Virus record (IMG/VR): IMGVR_UViG_3300040786_000047
Source of the DNA: a virus
Direction: 5' to 3' (one strand)
DNA: 64,000 nucleotides
Within the stretch, counting starts at the first letter, position 1. Every line of letters begins with the position of its first letter. This document shows, piece by piece, positions 24,065 to 35,282 of this stretch. The translations under genes were made by a program, and so were the position numbers. Under the pieces are notes generated by a model. The model saw only the letters and a list, made by a program, of their open reading frames with translations. It made no database searches and had not been told where the DNA came from.

Positions 24065-24456
24065 TTAAATAAAAAAGTTAGGATATAATCCTAACTTTTT
24101 TTTCTTTAATATATCTTTATTACTTATTAAGTAATCTATTTTATTATCTCTTATCATATTTAGGTCGTATGTTAATAATATTTCAAATGGATCCATGTAT
24201 ATATCCACGTAACATTGATATCCGCATATCTCTCCGACTTTTCGCATCTCATTACTATCTCCGAGTATCATTAATGTATCAATAAATCTATTATCAGTTG
24301 ATATAATATTATATACATGAATTGGAATTATCATACTATTATAATCTCTATAATTATATATTTTATCAAATATTATTTTGCTTTTTCTCTATATTCATCT
24401 ATAAAGCCATGTCCGTAATTATCAGAATTTAATACCTTACTTAAATCTATATCCAT
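24065..24456 (-). CDS. Small protein resembling an internal segment of gp23 major capsid protein plus IRDNKID tail (one frameshift)
   Basis: NSMIIPIHVYNIIST..VGEICGYQCYVDIY..ILLTYD aligns by eye with T4 gp23 NFIIASRNVVNVLAS..AGVLGGKYRVYIDQY..FTVGYK. Confidence 0.5.
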
Positions 24457-24460
24457 ATTA

Positions 24461-24488
24461 GTTATATTAACAAACAAAATAGAAGTTT
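24461..24488 (-). promoter_or_regulatory. Putative phage middle promoter
   Basis: AAACT-N17-TATAAC, 4 nt before ATG 24456. Confidence 0.55.
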
Positions 24489-24544
24489 ATATGCATAAAT
24501 ATTTAAAATATATCTTAATATATACAATAAAATAAATTGAAAAT

Positions 24545-25200
24545 ATGGCATATATTAAGTTATAATGAATCATTTAGTAGTGAGGATAAATTAAATCTAT
24601 TGTTAAAAAATTCGGCAAATCAATAGACACTAAGGAATTATTAGACTATTAGAACCATATAAAGGTAAATTAAGAAAACTATCATGAAATACACAATTAA
24701 TGGTAAAATTGATGCAAGTTTAATTGAAAAGGATATTAGAAAACTTAATCTTCAACAAATGAAGTTTAAGTGAGAATGTTATTCTAAGGCTATTAGTAAG
24801 AGTTATTAATTTACCAATTAATTAGAATATTATTTCACTTTTAAAAATATGTGGGATGAGGGAAACTTTATAAAATTAGTACAAACATTTGTTGTTGCTA
24901 TTATTGTTTTATATTAAGTTTTTCTGTATATCAAATAGGAGAACATGTGATTAATGGAATTAGCGTAGGTATCGTCGATACCGAAGTTAAATTGACCTGC
25001 TCACTATGAAACAAAAACACATACTTATACTGATGGTAACGGTAAATTACGTACATATACAACACAAGAATATGTGCCAGATACTTGGGAAATGGATGTT
25101 AGAGCATCAAATGGAAGAATTGAAACTTGGGAGACTACTGATAAGGTTTCTGTGGTCGAATAAAGAGTCTATTGTTAAAACCGAAGAATGGCATTGATAG
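24545..25200 (+). CDS. Membrane protein with CTS-like N-terminus (frameshifted)
   Basis: MAYI..YNESF start; hydrophobic TFVVAIIVLY segment; C-terminal PAHYETKTHTYTDGNGKLRTYTTQEYVPDTW. Confidence 0.45.
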
Positions 25201-25277
25201 GTACTAAAGAATATGGAGAAGATGGGTGGTAATTTCTCAGGTGGTGGATCAGAGGAGATTATAAATAATAAATAATT

Positions 25278-25590
25278 ATGAAACATATAAAGATATTTGA
25301 AGAATTTGGAGAAAGTGGTAACTTTCACTAATAAAAGAAATAGAAACCAAGTAATAAAAGTTACTAAAACTCTGATGGTAGAATAACAGAAATTGATAAT
25401 CCAACAGAGTGAGATTCGCTTTTTCAGTAGGTCAACTTTTAATAGAAATGCTGAAATTTGGGCAAGTAATAACTTCTAATGGATGGTAAAGATATGAGTC
25501 AGAAAAAAAGGTAATGGGTATTAAAGTATCTGATATACCTCTTGGACATGAATTGAGAGCGTTATATCCTGGTAAGTTCAGAAAGTAAAA
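25278..25590 (+). CDS. CTS-like N-terminus protein (frameshifted)
   Basis: Starts MKHIKIFEEFGES. Confidence 0.55.
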
Positions 25591-25646
25591 ACAATTTTAT
25601 TTAAACTTTCTATATTTATGCTATATAAATAAAAATAGAAAAATAT

Positions 25647-26063
25647 ATGATAGAAAATGGTAATATAGTAAATGTCCACTATGTTGGAAAATTTACAGAT
25701 GGAAATGTATTTGATACTTCAGAAGGAAGAGAACCTCTTCAATTTGAATTAGGTGCTGGTCAATTAATTGCTGGATTTGAAGCTGCGGTTTTAGGTAAAG
25801 AAATTGGTGATAAAGTAACTGCAAATATAAATGCCGAAGATGCTTATGGTGCAGTTAAGGAAGAGCTTATTGTAAAAGTTCCACTTGATAAAATGCCTGG
25901 TAGTGTTGAAGTTGGACAAACTTTAGAAGCTGGTGGTGATGATGGACAAACTCTACAAGTAACGGTGGTTGAGATTAACGAGGATCATGTCTTAATTGAT
26001 GGTAATCATCCACTTGCAGGAAAAGAACTAGTATTTGACATTGAGATTGTTTCAGTTCAATAG
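25647..26063 (+). CDS. FKBP-type peptidyl-prolyl cis-trans isomerase (SlyD/FkpB-like)
   Basis: Intact ORF: VHYVGKFTDGNVFDTS, GAGQLIAGFE, AYG, DGNHPLAGKELVFDIEI. Confidence 0.95.
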   Translation: MIENGNIVNVHYVGKFTDGNVFDTSEGREPLQFELGAGQLIAGFEAAVLGKEIGDKVTANINAEDAYGAVKEELIVKVPLDKMPGSVEVGQTLEAGGDDGQTLQVTVVEINEDHVLIDGNHPLAGKELVFDIEIVSVQ

Positions 26064-26084
26064 TAAAAATATTAAATTTTTAAT

Positions 26085-26119
26085 AAATGGCTTATGCTTA
26101 ATTGTGTAAGCCATTTTTT
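26085..26119 (+). terminator. Intrinsic terminator
   Basis: AAATGGCTTAT..GTAAGCCATTTTTT after the FKBP gene. Confidence 0.8.
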
Positions 26120-26137
26120 ATTTATTATATATAGTTA

Positions 26138-27458
26138 ATGAAAATTAACGAAAATATAGCACTTGCTAAATCAATTCTAAGAAAGAATGGTATAGAAGTA
26201 GATTCTGATGAGTATAAAGATTATCTTAAAATAAGAGATATTGTAGGTAAAGAGTACGCATATATTGGAATTCTAACAAGATTAAGATTTGTTGATAATG
26301 TTGTTGATATAGAAGAATTAAAATCAATATATGATGTTTTAAAAACTCTAAACTCGATATAGGAAAACTTAATAGAATGTCATATGATCAAATATTAGAC
26401 ACATTTTATGAAGAAATAACAGTGTGAGTGAGAATAAAGATGATTATGAACTTATTCACAAGGACGAAACTTATTCATTCTTTAGGGTTCATACCACAAA
26501 GGATTCTGGAAATAGGATCTCCTGCTTGGTGTCTAAAACAAAGAGTAATGGGATAATTATCAAGCCAAATATCCAGAACAATGGGTGCACAGAAAATAGG
26601 TTCTTAAAAGAATAATAACTCCTAACAATTACCTAGGTGGTAAATATGTTAATAGTGGTAAAACATGGGTTAGGTTTGGTGTTAGTATAAAAAGAAATGA
26701 AGGCGATGTCTCTTGATAGCACATGATGATAATGATGGTGATTGTAAATTAACCACACTTTTTATGGTGTGCTATCAACTATACTCAATTTAAGTGCTGG
26801 TATTATTAAGTCATATTATAAATATGTACCATCATGTGAGTATATACAAGATAGCCTTTTAAGATAACTGGTGATAAGGCTTGGATAAGGCTAAATATTG
26901 CACCACCTAGTGATAAAAAAGATGTTAACTATTTAAAGGTATCAAAAACATACTCCTATCCACCAGTAGTAATAAGATTAAGAGATAGAGCCTTGCCTTG
27001 TGCACAGATTAATACTACCGATACTCAAAAGTTAGTACTTGCCTCAGTATCAATAAGCGATAAAACTACTGGTGTTAGTAGATTAATAAACGAGTATATT
27101 AAAATTCCTTCAAATATAGCATTTATTGACTTAGATTAAAATCTGAATTAATTTCCATGGAAGAAGTTAAATTATTCGAAGATTTTATCAATAAAGTGGG
27201 TAAATGGTTAGTTTTCATTGGAATGAAAATTATTATATAGTTATAGATTCTGAGCCAAAATCTTATAATCTACCTGTTATGGATTCCTTCGCAAATTTAT
27301 ATTGGAATGATAATTCAATTGATAAGTTAACTCCTTCATTTTATCTTATTGATAAACAAACACTAAAATGTGATGAGTTTAATGCACCTCCTGAACATGA
27401 TGAAATAATTAAGCAATTAGAAGGATTGAATATAAAAGAAAATCCAAAAGAAAGTTAA
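26138..27458 (+). CDS. Hypothetical protein with GSPAWC (PcfJ-like) motif (frameshifted)
   Basis: MKINEN start; rebuilt KIGSPAWCLKTKSNWDNYQ; ORFs 26138, 26424 and 27204 join. Confidence 0.5.
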
Positions 27459-27500
27459 AGGATTTTGGGACTTTTAGGTAAAAATAAATAATATATAATA

Positions 27501-28090
27501 AATGAAGTACTTAATAAGTTTTAATGAAAGTAAAGTAAATAAAAATCTTCAGAAAGTGATGTTAGAAATCTATTAGTTGAGTTATTAGATTTTGATTTGA
27601 TATTAAAATAACTTCTACAAATGGATTTTGTAGAACAAGAGGATTCCTTAATAAAGAAATTGATATGGCTGAGTTTCTAGATAATCTATTATCATTTATT
27701 ACAAAGATGGAATATAGTGGATATCAAAGAGTAAGAAATGAAGTATCAGTCAAACAAGATTATGAGGAAAAGGTGATGTCACGCTTTGAAATTGATTTTA
27801 AACTTAAAGACTTTACACCAAACACAAGAGACGTAAACAATTTTACTTCATTTGAAGGTTATATTAATAATATAGGATTTAAGTATATGGATAACTATTC
27901 GAAATTGATGTATATCAATTTAATAATATAGAGGTTGTGTGTTATGAAAAGGATATCAATTAAGAACTTTATAATGACTATGACTTGAAAAGATTTTAAA
28001 TAGTTACGAAGGAGATGAATTAAATACTTTAAGTAAAAATATTACATCCGAAGTAGATGGTTCACAAGGTAATGAACATCCTTATAATAA
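27501..28090 (+). CDS. CTS-family protein (frameshifted)
   Basis: MKYLISFNESKV..DVRNLLVELLDF; includes ORF 27665..27931. Confidence 0.6.
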
Positions 28091-28132
28091 AGAATCTACT
28101 GAGATTTTACTAAAAATAATAAAAATAATAAA

Positions 28133-28962
28133 ATGAAGTATATAAAAAAGTTTAATGAAGAATTAAAATCATCAACACTTCTTAGCGCATCTAAACAACT
28201 TAGTGATATGGGTAATAAGTCTAGTATTAATAGAGCCGAAAAATTAAAAGAATGGTCTGTAAATGCCTCTGAAAGAGGCATATTCAGAAAATCTTATTTC
28301 ATGGAAAGAGAATGTTAAAAGTATTCAAATATGGTTCTTTAGATTAAAAATGACTAGTAAATCGAATGGTCAGAGCCGGAAGGAAGCGGGGTACAAAGAG
28401 CCGCCGGTATATATGGAAGATTTCTACCTTGATTATCATTTGATAGATCTATGTTCTGATAACCTTTCAGAAGAAGCATATGCTGAAAATGATAACGACT
28501 TTGATGGTGATGTTTACGATAACTATACTGCTAAAATCTTTTAAGTGCAGAACTTATTCCAAAGAATAAAGAGTCCTTGGATAAATGTTTAAAAAATTTT
28601 CCAAAAAAAAGCTCAGGTAGCGATATCTTTGGGGTGGTTGGGTATCAGGACTTTGGATAATTATTGATATTAAAGTTATAAATGGTAATAGATTTGAGAT
28701 TTCTAATCTATCAGTTACGGAATATGATGAGTATGATACGGGTGGTGTTAGTTTAACAACAAATTCTGCACAAAACTTAAAACTTATTAGTTTCTCTTTT
28801 GAAGATAAAAGTTTAAACTATCCTTCCAACGAAGGGATTCTAGTCAATATGATACTTTATATAAGACAATACTAATAGAGGCTGGGATGTCTTCAGATTA
28901 TGGATTAACTTTAGATGATATTGCAGAATATATAAAATCTTTTCCTAAACATAAATTAATTA
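28133..28962 (+). CDS. CTS-like N-terminus protein (frameshifted)
   Basis: Starts MKYIKKFNEELKS; coding continues to ..LTLDDIAEYIKSFPKHKLIN. Confidence 0.6.
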
Positions 28963-28965
28963 ATT

Positions 28966-29000
28966 AAAAGAGAGAAGATAAACTTCTCTCTTTTTTTTTT
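28966..29000. terminator. Bidirectional intrinsic terminator
   Basis: AAAAGAGAGAAG-ATAAA-CTTCTCTCTTTTTT. Confidence 0.85.
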
Positions 29001-29599
29001 TAAATCAAATTTACTTTTGGTGCCTTATCAGCACCGGGATCTGATTTATAATATAACAATTCTTTAAATCCAAAATATCCAGATAAAATGCTATTAGGAA
29101 AACTTAGAATAAGAACATTATACGGATTCACTGATTCATTATATCTATCTCTAGATATTTTAATTCTATTCTCAGTACCCTCTAGTTCTGTCTGTAAGTT
29201 TAAGAAATTTTGATTTGCTTTTAATTCAGGATACCTCTCAACAGATACCAATAATCTTGACAAGGCAGAACTAACTCCTGTTTGTGACTTTTGAAATGCT
29301 GCTAATTGTTCTGGACTTACATTAGAAGGGTCTATTGTAACAGATGTTGCTTTTGCACGAGCCTCAATAACTGCTGTTAATGTAGACTTCTCAAAGTTTG
29401 CAGCACCTGATACCGTATTTACTAGATTACCAATCAAGTCATTCCTTCGCTGATAAGAAGATTCAACATTACCCCAAGATGTTTTAGAGTCTTCTTTTAA
29501 GGTTACAGCTCTGTTGTTAAATCCAACAACCCACCCATACATTGAGAATATAAATATTCCGATAAGACCAACTGGTATTAACCATTTTAATGAATTCAT
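29000..29599 (-). CDS. lemA: LemA family protein
   Basis: N-terminal TM, WGNVESSYQRRNDLIGNLV, LSRLLVSVERYPELKANQNF..LEGTENRI. Confidence 0.95.
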   Translation of the reverse strand: MNSLKWLIPVGLIGIFIFSMYGWVVGFNNRAVTLKEDSKTSWGNVESSYQRRNDLIGNLVNTVSGAANFEKSTLTAVIEARAKATSVTIDPSNVSPEQLAAFQKSQTGVSSALSRLLVSVERYPELKANQNFLNLQTELEGTENRIKISRDRYNESVNPYNVLILSFPNSILSGYFGFKELLYYKSDPGADKAPKVNLI

Positions 29600-29625
29600 T
29601 TTATATTTGTTTTAATTATTATTAA

Positions 29626-31287
29626 TTACCAATCATTTGACGCTCCACCACCTGAACTACTTCCTCCACCAAATCCACCAAACGAACTTCCGCTATCAGA
29701 ACTTGAAGAACTTGAATAAGAATCTCTCCTACGTCTATCATCTTCGTCGTCTTGTCTACTCTTCTTCTTCTGCGGATGCAATAGCAGCAACTCTTCTTTG
29801 TTCTGCTCTTTCTTCTTCTTCTTCTTTATACTTTCTACCACTTAATGTAGATTCTAAAGAGATAATGCTGACATAACTCCTGCAAAGATAAGAATTAAGG
29901 AAAGATAATCAGTTGAATTGTTTGACTTTATTTTGAATTTTGAAATTCGCTTTGTACTCTATCAACCTCACCAACTTTCATCCATTTTTTGTACTTATCA
30001 AGTTTGTTTAATCAGATGTAAATAATGATTCAGCATTATTTACTTTTGTTTTGTTGATTCAATTTCATTCAAATAGTCTATAATATCAGAGCCTTTACTT
30101 CTCATGTAATCAATACTATTTTAAATTTTTTTGCATCACTAATACCTTTATCAACATCAGTTAAGAAAAGTTTTTCAATTTCTGTCTTAGAAACTAATAA
30201 AGAATCAATGCTACTTGTTAAGTCTTTATAGTCTTTGTTATAGCCATATTGTTTAATTTTTTCTAAAGAAGAAAGTGCTATTTTATTTTGAGAATAAGAT
30301 TCATTAACTAATATATCAAGATTAGAGAGTTATTGATATCACTTCTATATTCTGAGTTTAAACTATCATATGCATCATTTTACTATCTAATGTATCTTTA
30401 ATTCTAAAAGAACTTCAATATATTGGTCATTAGACATATCACCTTTCGAAATAACTATTGAACTTATAAAACTAGTAACAGAACTAAAAGATGAAGTTAA
30501 TAATTGACTATTTTCAGTTATTGGTCTATTAACACTTGCTGATTTTAAATAATTTTCAATTTTAAGATGTTTTGTTTAACTTGCTCAACTCTTTCTGCCT
30601 CTTTTCTAACTCTTTCGAATTCTCTTTCAGATTCTAATCTAAGTCTTTCTTTTCTTTTGCGATTTTCTCACGCCTTTTTTTATCTAAGTAATATATAAAG
30701 AATAAAGTACTAAAGAATAAGGAAATTAGTGAAAATTAATTACTCCACTTTTGAATGTCGCAACAGATGATGCATACTCTTTATCTTCTTTATCTTGTTT
30801 TGTTTAAGCCATAGAACTTTATTTTCAAATGCTTGATTCCCTAACTTACTAGTTATATATTGAATACAATCTGATGTGCCTTTTGCATATTTACCTTCTT
30901 TAAATGAAACTTTAGATAAATCAAGTGCTATACGCATTTATGTCAGTGAAAAGGCTCCATGCCATTACCAACTTCTATTCTACTTTTCCTATCTTCATAG
31001 AAAACAATCAAGATACCATTATCTGCACCTTTTTTCCGATACCAAGTCTTTTGAATTCATCTGATGCAAATTGTTCAATATAGTTATCACCAAGTGATTC
31101 TATTGTAACGACTGCAATTTCTATTGATGTTAATTTCTCATAATCAGAGATTGTTTTATTAAGGTATACTTCTTCTTCAGGTGTATAGAAGTTACCTAAA
31201 TCAGTTACCCAATTTTTTTGGAGTGAATTCTTGTGAGTATGTAATAAAACTTACAAGCGATACGAGTATTAATAGTGTTTTTTTCAT
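29626..31287 (-). CDS. TPM-domain (YgcG-like) membrane protein with coiled coil and Gly/Ser-rich tail (frameshifted)
   Basis: Signal peptide MKKTLLILV; IEIAVVTIESLG, LGIGKKGADNGILIVFSMKDRKSRIEVG; C-terminal SSDSGSSFGGFGGGSSSGGGASNDW; co-transcribed with lemA. Confidence 0.85.
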
Positions 31288-31293
31288 AGAGTA

Positions 31294-31325
31294 CAAAGAT
31301 AACTAAAACATCTTATATATCCAAA
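31294..31325 (-). promoter_or_regulatory. Bacteroidota-type promoter, -33 and -7 elements
   Basis: TTTG-N20-TATCTTTG, 6 nt before ATG 31287. Confidence 0.75.
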
Positions 31326-31516
31326 TCTTCTAGTATATTATTTCTAGTTATTTCAACAGGTTCAAATCTACTTGAATCATACCAATATTCATCATTACCA
31401 AAATCATCTATTACTCTAAATCCAATAAGATCACGCTCTACTACTAAATATCTATTCCCTATTGTTAAGGATGTTTTAGAATAAATATCGCTACTATCAA
31501 TACAAGTTATTATCAT
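31313..31516 (-). CDS. Small SH3/KOW-like hypothetical protein with RNNILEDL tail
   Basis: Intact ORF MIITCID..LTIGNRYLV..FRVIDD.G..YDSSRFEPVEITRNNILEDLDI. Confidence 0.7.
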   Translation of the reverse strand: MIITCIDSSDIYSKTSLTIGNRYLVVERDLIGFRVIDDFGNDEYWYDSSRFEPVEITRNNILEDLDI

Positions 31517-31709
31517 CTGACGTTTGTTTTAATTATTTGTACAGTACTGTTTTCATAGGAATTGAATAGGTCTCTCCTGTTAAGGAAAGTCCTATCCACA
31601 CCAAGTTCACCATCACTATAATAGTGAAAAAGTTTTCCTAAGTTAACAAATGTTCAATTCTTCCGGAAATTTTCCATCGAACACATATCACTGTATTACT
31701 TCTATTAAA

Positions 31710-32466
31710 TTATCTCTTTATCTCTTCCCAGAGTTCACCTATTCCTAATAGTCTATGTTTAGTTCCGTAGATATTTGTAATATCACTTTTATGAAAGTGT
31801 CCATAATAATGGTGTGTTATATCATTATTTTCTTTAATTGCTTGAAATGCTAATGTAAGATGTCGTCTTTCATCCATCAAATCCATCTTTAATGTATCAT
31901 CTCCATTTTGAATAAAACCATTTACAAAAGGTCCTAATCCATTACTATTATCAGGGTAGCAATAATCAGGTGCCGTATGTGTCACAACAATATTAATATC
32001 TCTAAGTTTGTCTAATAACTTTAAGTCAAGATTAAACTTTTCATTAGGCCACCAACTTTCACCACCAATCAATAATTGTTCTCTACTTGATCGAAATCTT
32101 TCTCTCTGATGTTTAGTCATTCTTGATTTACGATCAACACTTATCGCACCACCAATAAAAGAATATTATTACCTTCTAAATTAAGAACAGTATAATCCTT
32201 TATTAATTTTATATTAGTAAGTAAAATGGATCATTTTCGAAATATTTTGAAAATCATGATTACCTCTTATAGCATATACAATAACATTGTTTTAACGAGT
32301 TTTTTGTGATAAAGTTCAAGTTCTCTGCTTTCTTTAATAAAGCTCTTAAACCTAGTCCAAAATCACCTACCTGTATGATATGAGTATCTTTTATACCAAA
32401 ACGATCGATGTATTGACCGATTAAGTTAAAGTTACCATGTAAATCACCTAAATACATTACTCTCAT
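31710..32466 (-). CDS. Calcineurin-like metallophosphoesterase (frameshifted)
   Basis: GDLHG, QVGDFG, RGNHD, VVTHTAP, YGHFH motifs. Confidence 0.92.
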
Positions 32467-32490
32467 TACTTTATTTTTTCTAATTATATA

Positions 32491-32498
32491 CAAAAATA
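32491..32498 (-). promoter_or_regulatory. Bacteroidota-type -7 element
   Basis: TATTTTTG upstream of the metallophosphoesterase operon. Confidence 0.5.
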
Positions 32499-32541
32499 CA
32501 AAATAGTTTCACTAAAAATAATATATACATTTAAAAATAAC

Positions 32542-32549
32542 TACATTTG
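32542..32549 (+). promoter_or_regulatory. Bacteroidota-type -7 element
   Basis: TACATTTG 4 nt before ATG 32554. Confidence 0.55.
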
Positions 32550-32553
32550 TAAA

Positions 32554-32940
32554 ATGAACGAGAGTATAAGTACGAAATATAAAGAGATTATTAAAAACGA
32601 AGTGATTTTGCAAATAGTTTCTGGACTGCTACTAAAAGAGAAGGTGAAGAAACTAAAATAGCATTTGGTATCTTACGAAAATGGTTAAGAGCGAAAATGT
32701 TACACTTGGTGAAAAGAGATTCTTAAAAGAACACTCAATGGATTTAGTTAGATTAATACCATTAGTTTTGATATCAGAATTCCTATACCTGTTCCTATTA
32801 CACCATTTTAATAATACTAGGTAAAAAATATGGATTTGATATTTTACCAAGAGATAATAGACACTTCTTAGATAGTAGAAGAATAATTATTTTAAATAAT
32901 AACAATTTTAATAATATTTCCAGTAAATCCCATCTTTTAT
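32554..32940 (+). CDS. LETM1-like domain protein (frameshifted)
   Basis: Rebuilt ETKIAFGILRKWLRGENVTLGEKRFLKEHSMDLVRLIPLVLISGIPIPVPITPFLIILGKKYGFDILP. Confidence 0.55.
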
Positions 32941-33530
32941 AATATCATCAGGTAAATTTGATTTCTATAATATTCGTGATCTTTTACAATGACATTGAGA
33001 CATATTCGATGTCATTTTTAAATAATTCAATAAAAGGTATACTTTCCATTTCTAATTTATCATTATTTAATATTTGTAAATTATTACTCTGTGATTCAGA
33101 GTTATTTAATTTATATATGTATACTATTTTTTACGTGTTCTTCTCTTGGGTTTTATTTAATATACCATTCTTTTTTATATTGTAAATCCATCATCAATAA
33201 GATATGCTAAATATGATTTAATATCTTCATTTGAAATAGACTCTTTAATAATTCTATATTTCAAAGAGGTTTGTCATTTACTGTTATATCACCTTTCTTA
33301 TTTTTACCAATCTTCTTAACAACAATCTTTTTATTTTTGAACCGTCCTCCTAAAATTGTATCACCTATTTTTATAGGAACATTAATATCTTCATATTGTT
33401 TTCTAAAATCTTCTTCTTTATCATATATCCAATCGAATAGTGATAAGTTACTACCATTACCATTGCTATAATCAATACCTCTATTCAACTCTTTATTATA
33501 CGAGTTCTTTGCTGATAACTTTATTCATTA
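32910..33530 (-). CDS. Modular protein: KOW-like IKIGDTILGGRFKNKK domain plus a CTS-family paralog module (frameshifted)
   Basis: ORF 33261..33488 continues into KYRIIKESISNEDIKSYLAYLIDDGF. Confidence 0.55.
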
Positions 33531-33587
33531 CATTATCAGGTAATACTTTTCTCAATTTAAGTTCGCTTATACTTTGTAAGTAGTTAT

Positions 33588-34040
33588 CTACATTTTTATT
33601 ATAAGATGGGTCCATTTATGATCGAATAATACTATAGTTGCGTACCTACTATCTCTAGTTAATGATATATAAAAAAATTCTAAATTATACATTTTGTTTA
33701 AAATATCATTGTTAAAGTACAACTCTTGTAGAAATTTATGATCATCTCTTTCACTTCTAAGACCTGTAATTATATATACATTAAAGTCAATATTAGTGCC
33801 GTCTCCGTAATGTGAATAGGGTATTTTATATAATTCTGGTTCAGGTAATACTAAATTAAACATTGATTTTAAATCATTCTCATCAAAACTATTTACATAC
33901 CTTTCATTTATCTCTTTTCCTTTTGAGTAATTTAACATCAAATGAAGTAATATATCCAATATCTTTATATTCTAACTCATCTAAGGTATATTCGTTGAAA
34001 CTCATTAATAAGAAATTATGTACGTATAATTTATAATCAT
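33588..34040 (-). CDS. Hypothetical protein (frameshifted)
   Basis: Includes ORF 33588..33959. Confidence 0.45.
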
Positions 34041-34291
34041 ATTTATCTATGAAATAATTTAACCAAGTCAATACATCATTCTTTATTTCATTCCAGTTAA
34101 AAGGTATTTTTATAAATTACTAAACTTGTTTCTAACACATCACCGTCATCATTATATTCAGAACCAGTTGCCTCAATTGAAAAATCAGAATCTATTAAAT
34201 AAGCAAGGTATAAACGTGCTTCTTCTTCTATATCCCAATTTACTTTTTCTTGATTTACTTCTGACTCATTAAACTTTTTCAAATATCTCAT
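34040..34291 (-). CDS. CTS-family paralog
   Basis: MRYLKKFNES..LYLAYLIDSDFSI..WNEIKNDVLTWL. Confidence 0.7.
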
Positions 34292-35229
34292 TATTCTTGA
34301 AATTCTATTTTGTAGTCTATTTAACCAGCCATCACCGTGTGTATCAAAAGTACTAGCTCTTTATATCTATTTTCACGATATTCTTTTATTGTATCAAATA
34401 TCTTCTTGGTCTAACGCATTCATCTTCTTAATAAATTTACTATCAAGAGGATTATCATTATCAGTTATATTTATTCCTTTATTTAACAAAACCTTTCTCA
34501 ATACTGACTTTATTCCTGAAATTCCTTGGTTAACACAGCCATCATATATAATATTTGCTACTGATTGATTAGAAAAACTTTTAAGATGTTGTGGTTTCCA
34601 AAATTTATTTTATATATTTTAATGCTGTGTCTTGTGATAAGTTAACCATATCACTTTAGTTGGAGTTCTTTTAAATGTGCCTTTAATATAGGTGCCGATA
34701 TTCCATATTTAGACCCTATAAATCTTTTCAATAATTTATCACCTACTTTAATATCAACCCAATTCCCAGTATCTTTCCTATCATCTGAATAACCACCCTC
34801 AGCAAGAGAAACTATTTTCTGAGACTCCTTAAAACTAGACTCTTTATTTAATTTAACAAACTCTTCTACCAATTCTTCTATAGGTTGTGATTTAACATCA
34901 TAAGAAGTATTATCCTGTGTAAGGTAAGATAAAGATGCAAATAATAAAAATATAGTGGCATAGTTTATCATTATGGTTCTCCTAGCCACATCAGGTAGTA
35001 ACTTTATTCTGCTCAAAATTTATAAAAATACTCTTTAACCTTTTCTTTTGATAATTTTGAAAGAAACTGCTTTAATCGACCTAGTGTGCTATTATCAGAT
35101 TTATTAAAATTCCATTCGAGTAACCGGCTTCTCATCATCATACTTTTCAAATACTTCGAAAATACTATTAGTTATTTTTTCAAACTCACTTTCTAATAGA
35201 AAATTTCTATATTTATTTAATTTTACCAT
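34291..35229 (-). CDS. GH108 lysozyme with PG-binding C-terminus, CTS-like N-terminus and a hydrophobic segment (frameshifted)
   Basis: MVKLNKYRNFLLES start; AEGGYSDDRKDTGN, SKYGIS, IYDGCVNQG, GDGWLNR motifs. Confidence 0.85.
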
Positions 35230-35256
35230 ATAGTATATATTATTAAAAAAAATGTA

Positions 35257-35264
35257 TATATTTG
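35257..35264 (+). promoter_or_regulatory. Bacteroidota-type -7 element
   Basis: TATATTTG(CA) upstream of ATG 35283. Confidence 0.7.
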
Positions 35265-35282
35265 CACATATCTAAAACTAAA

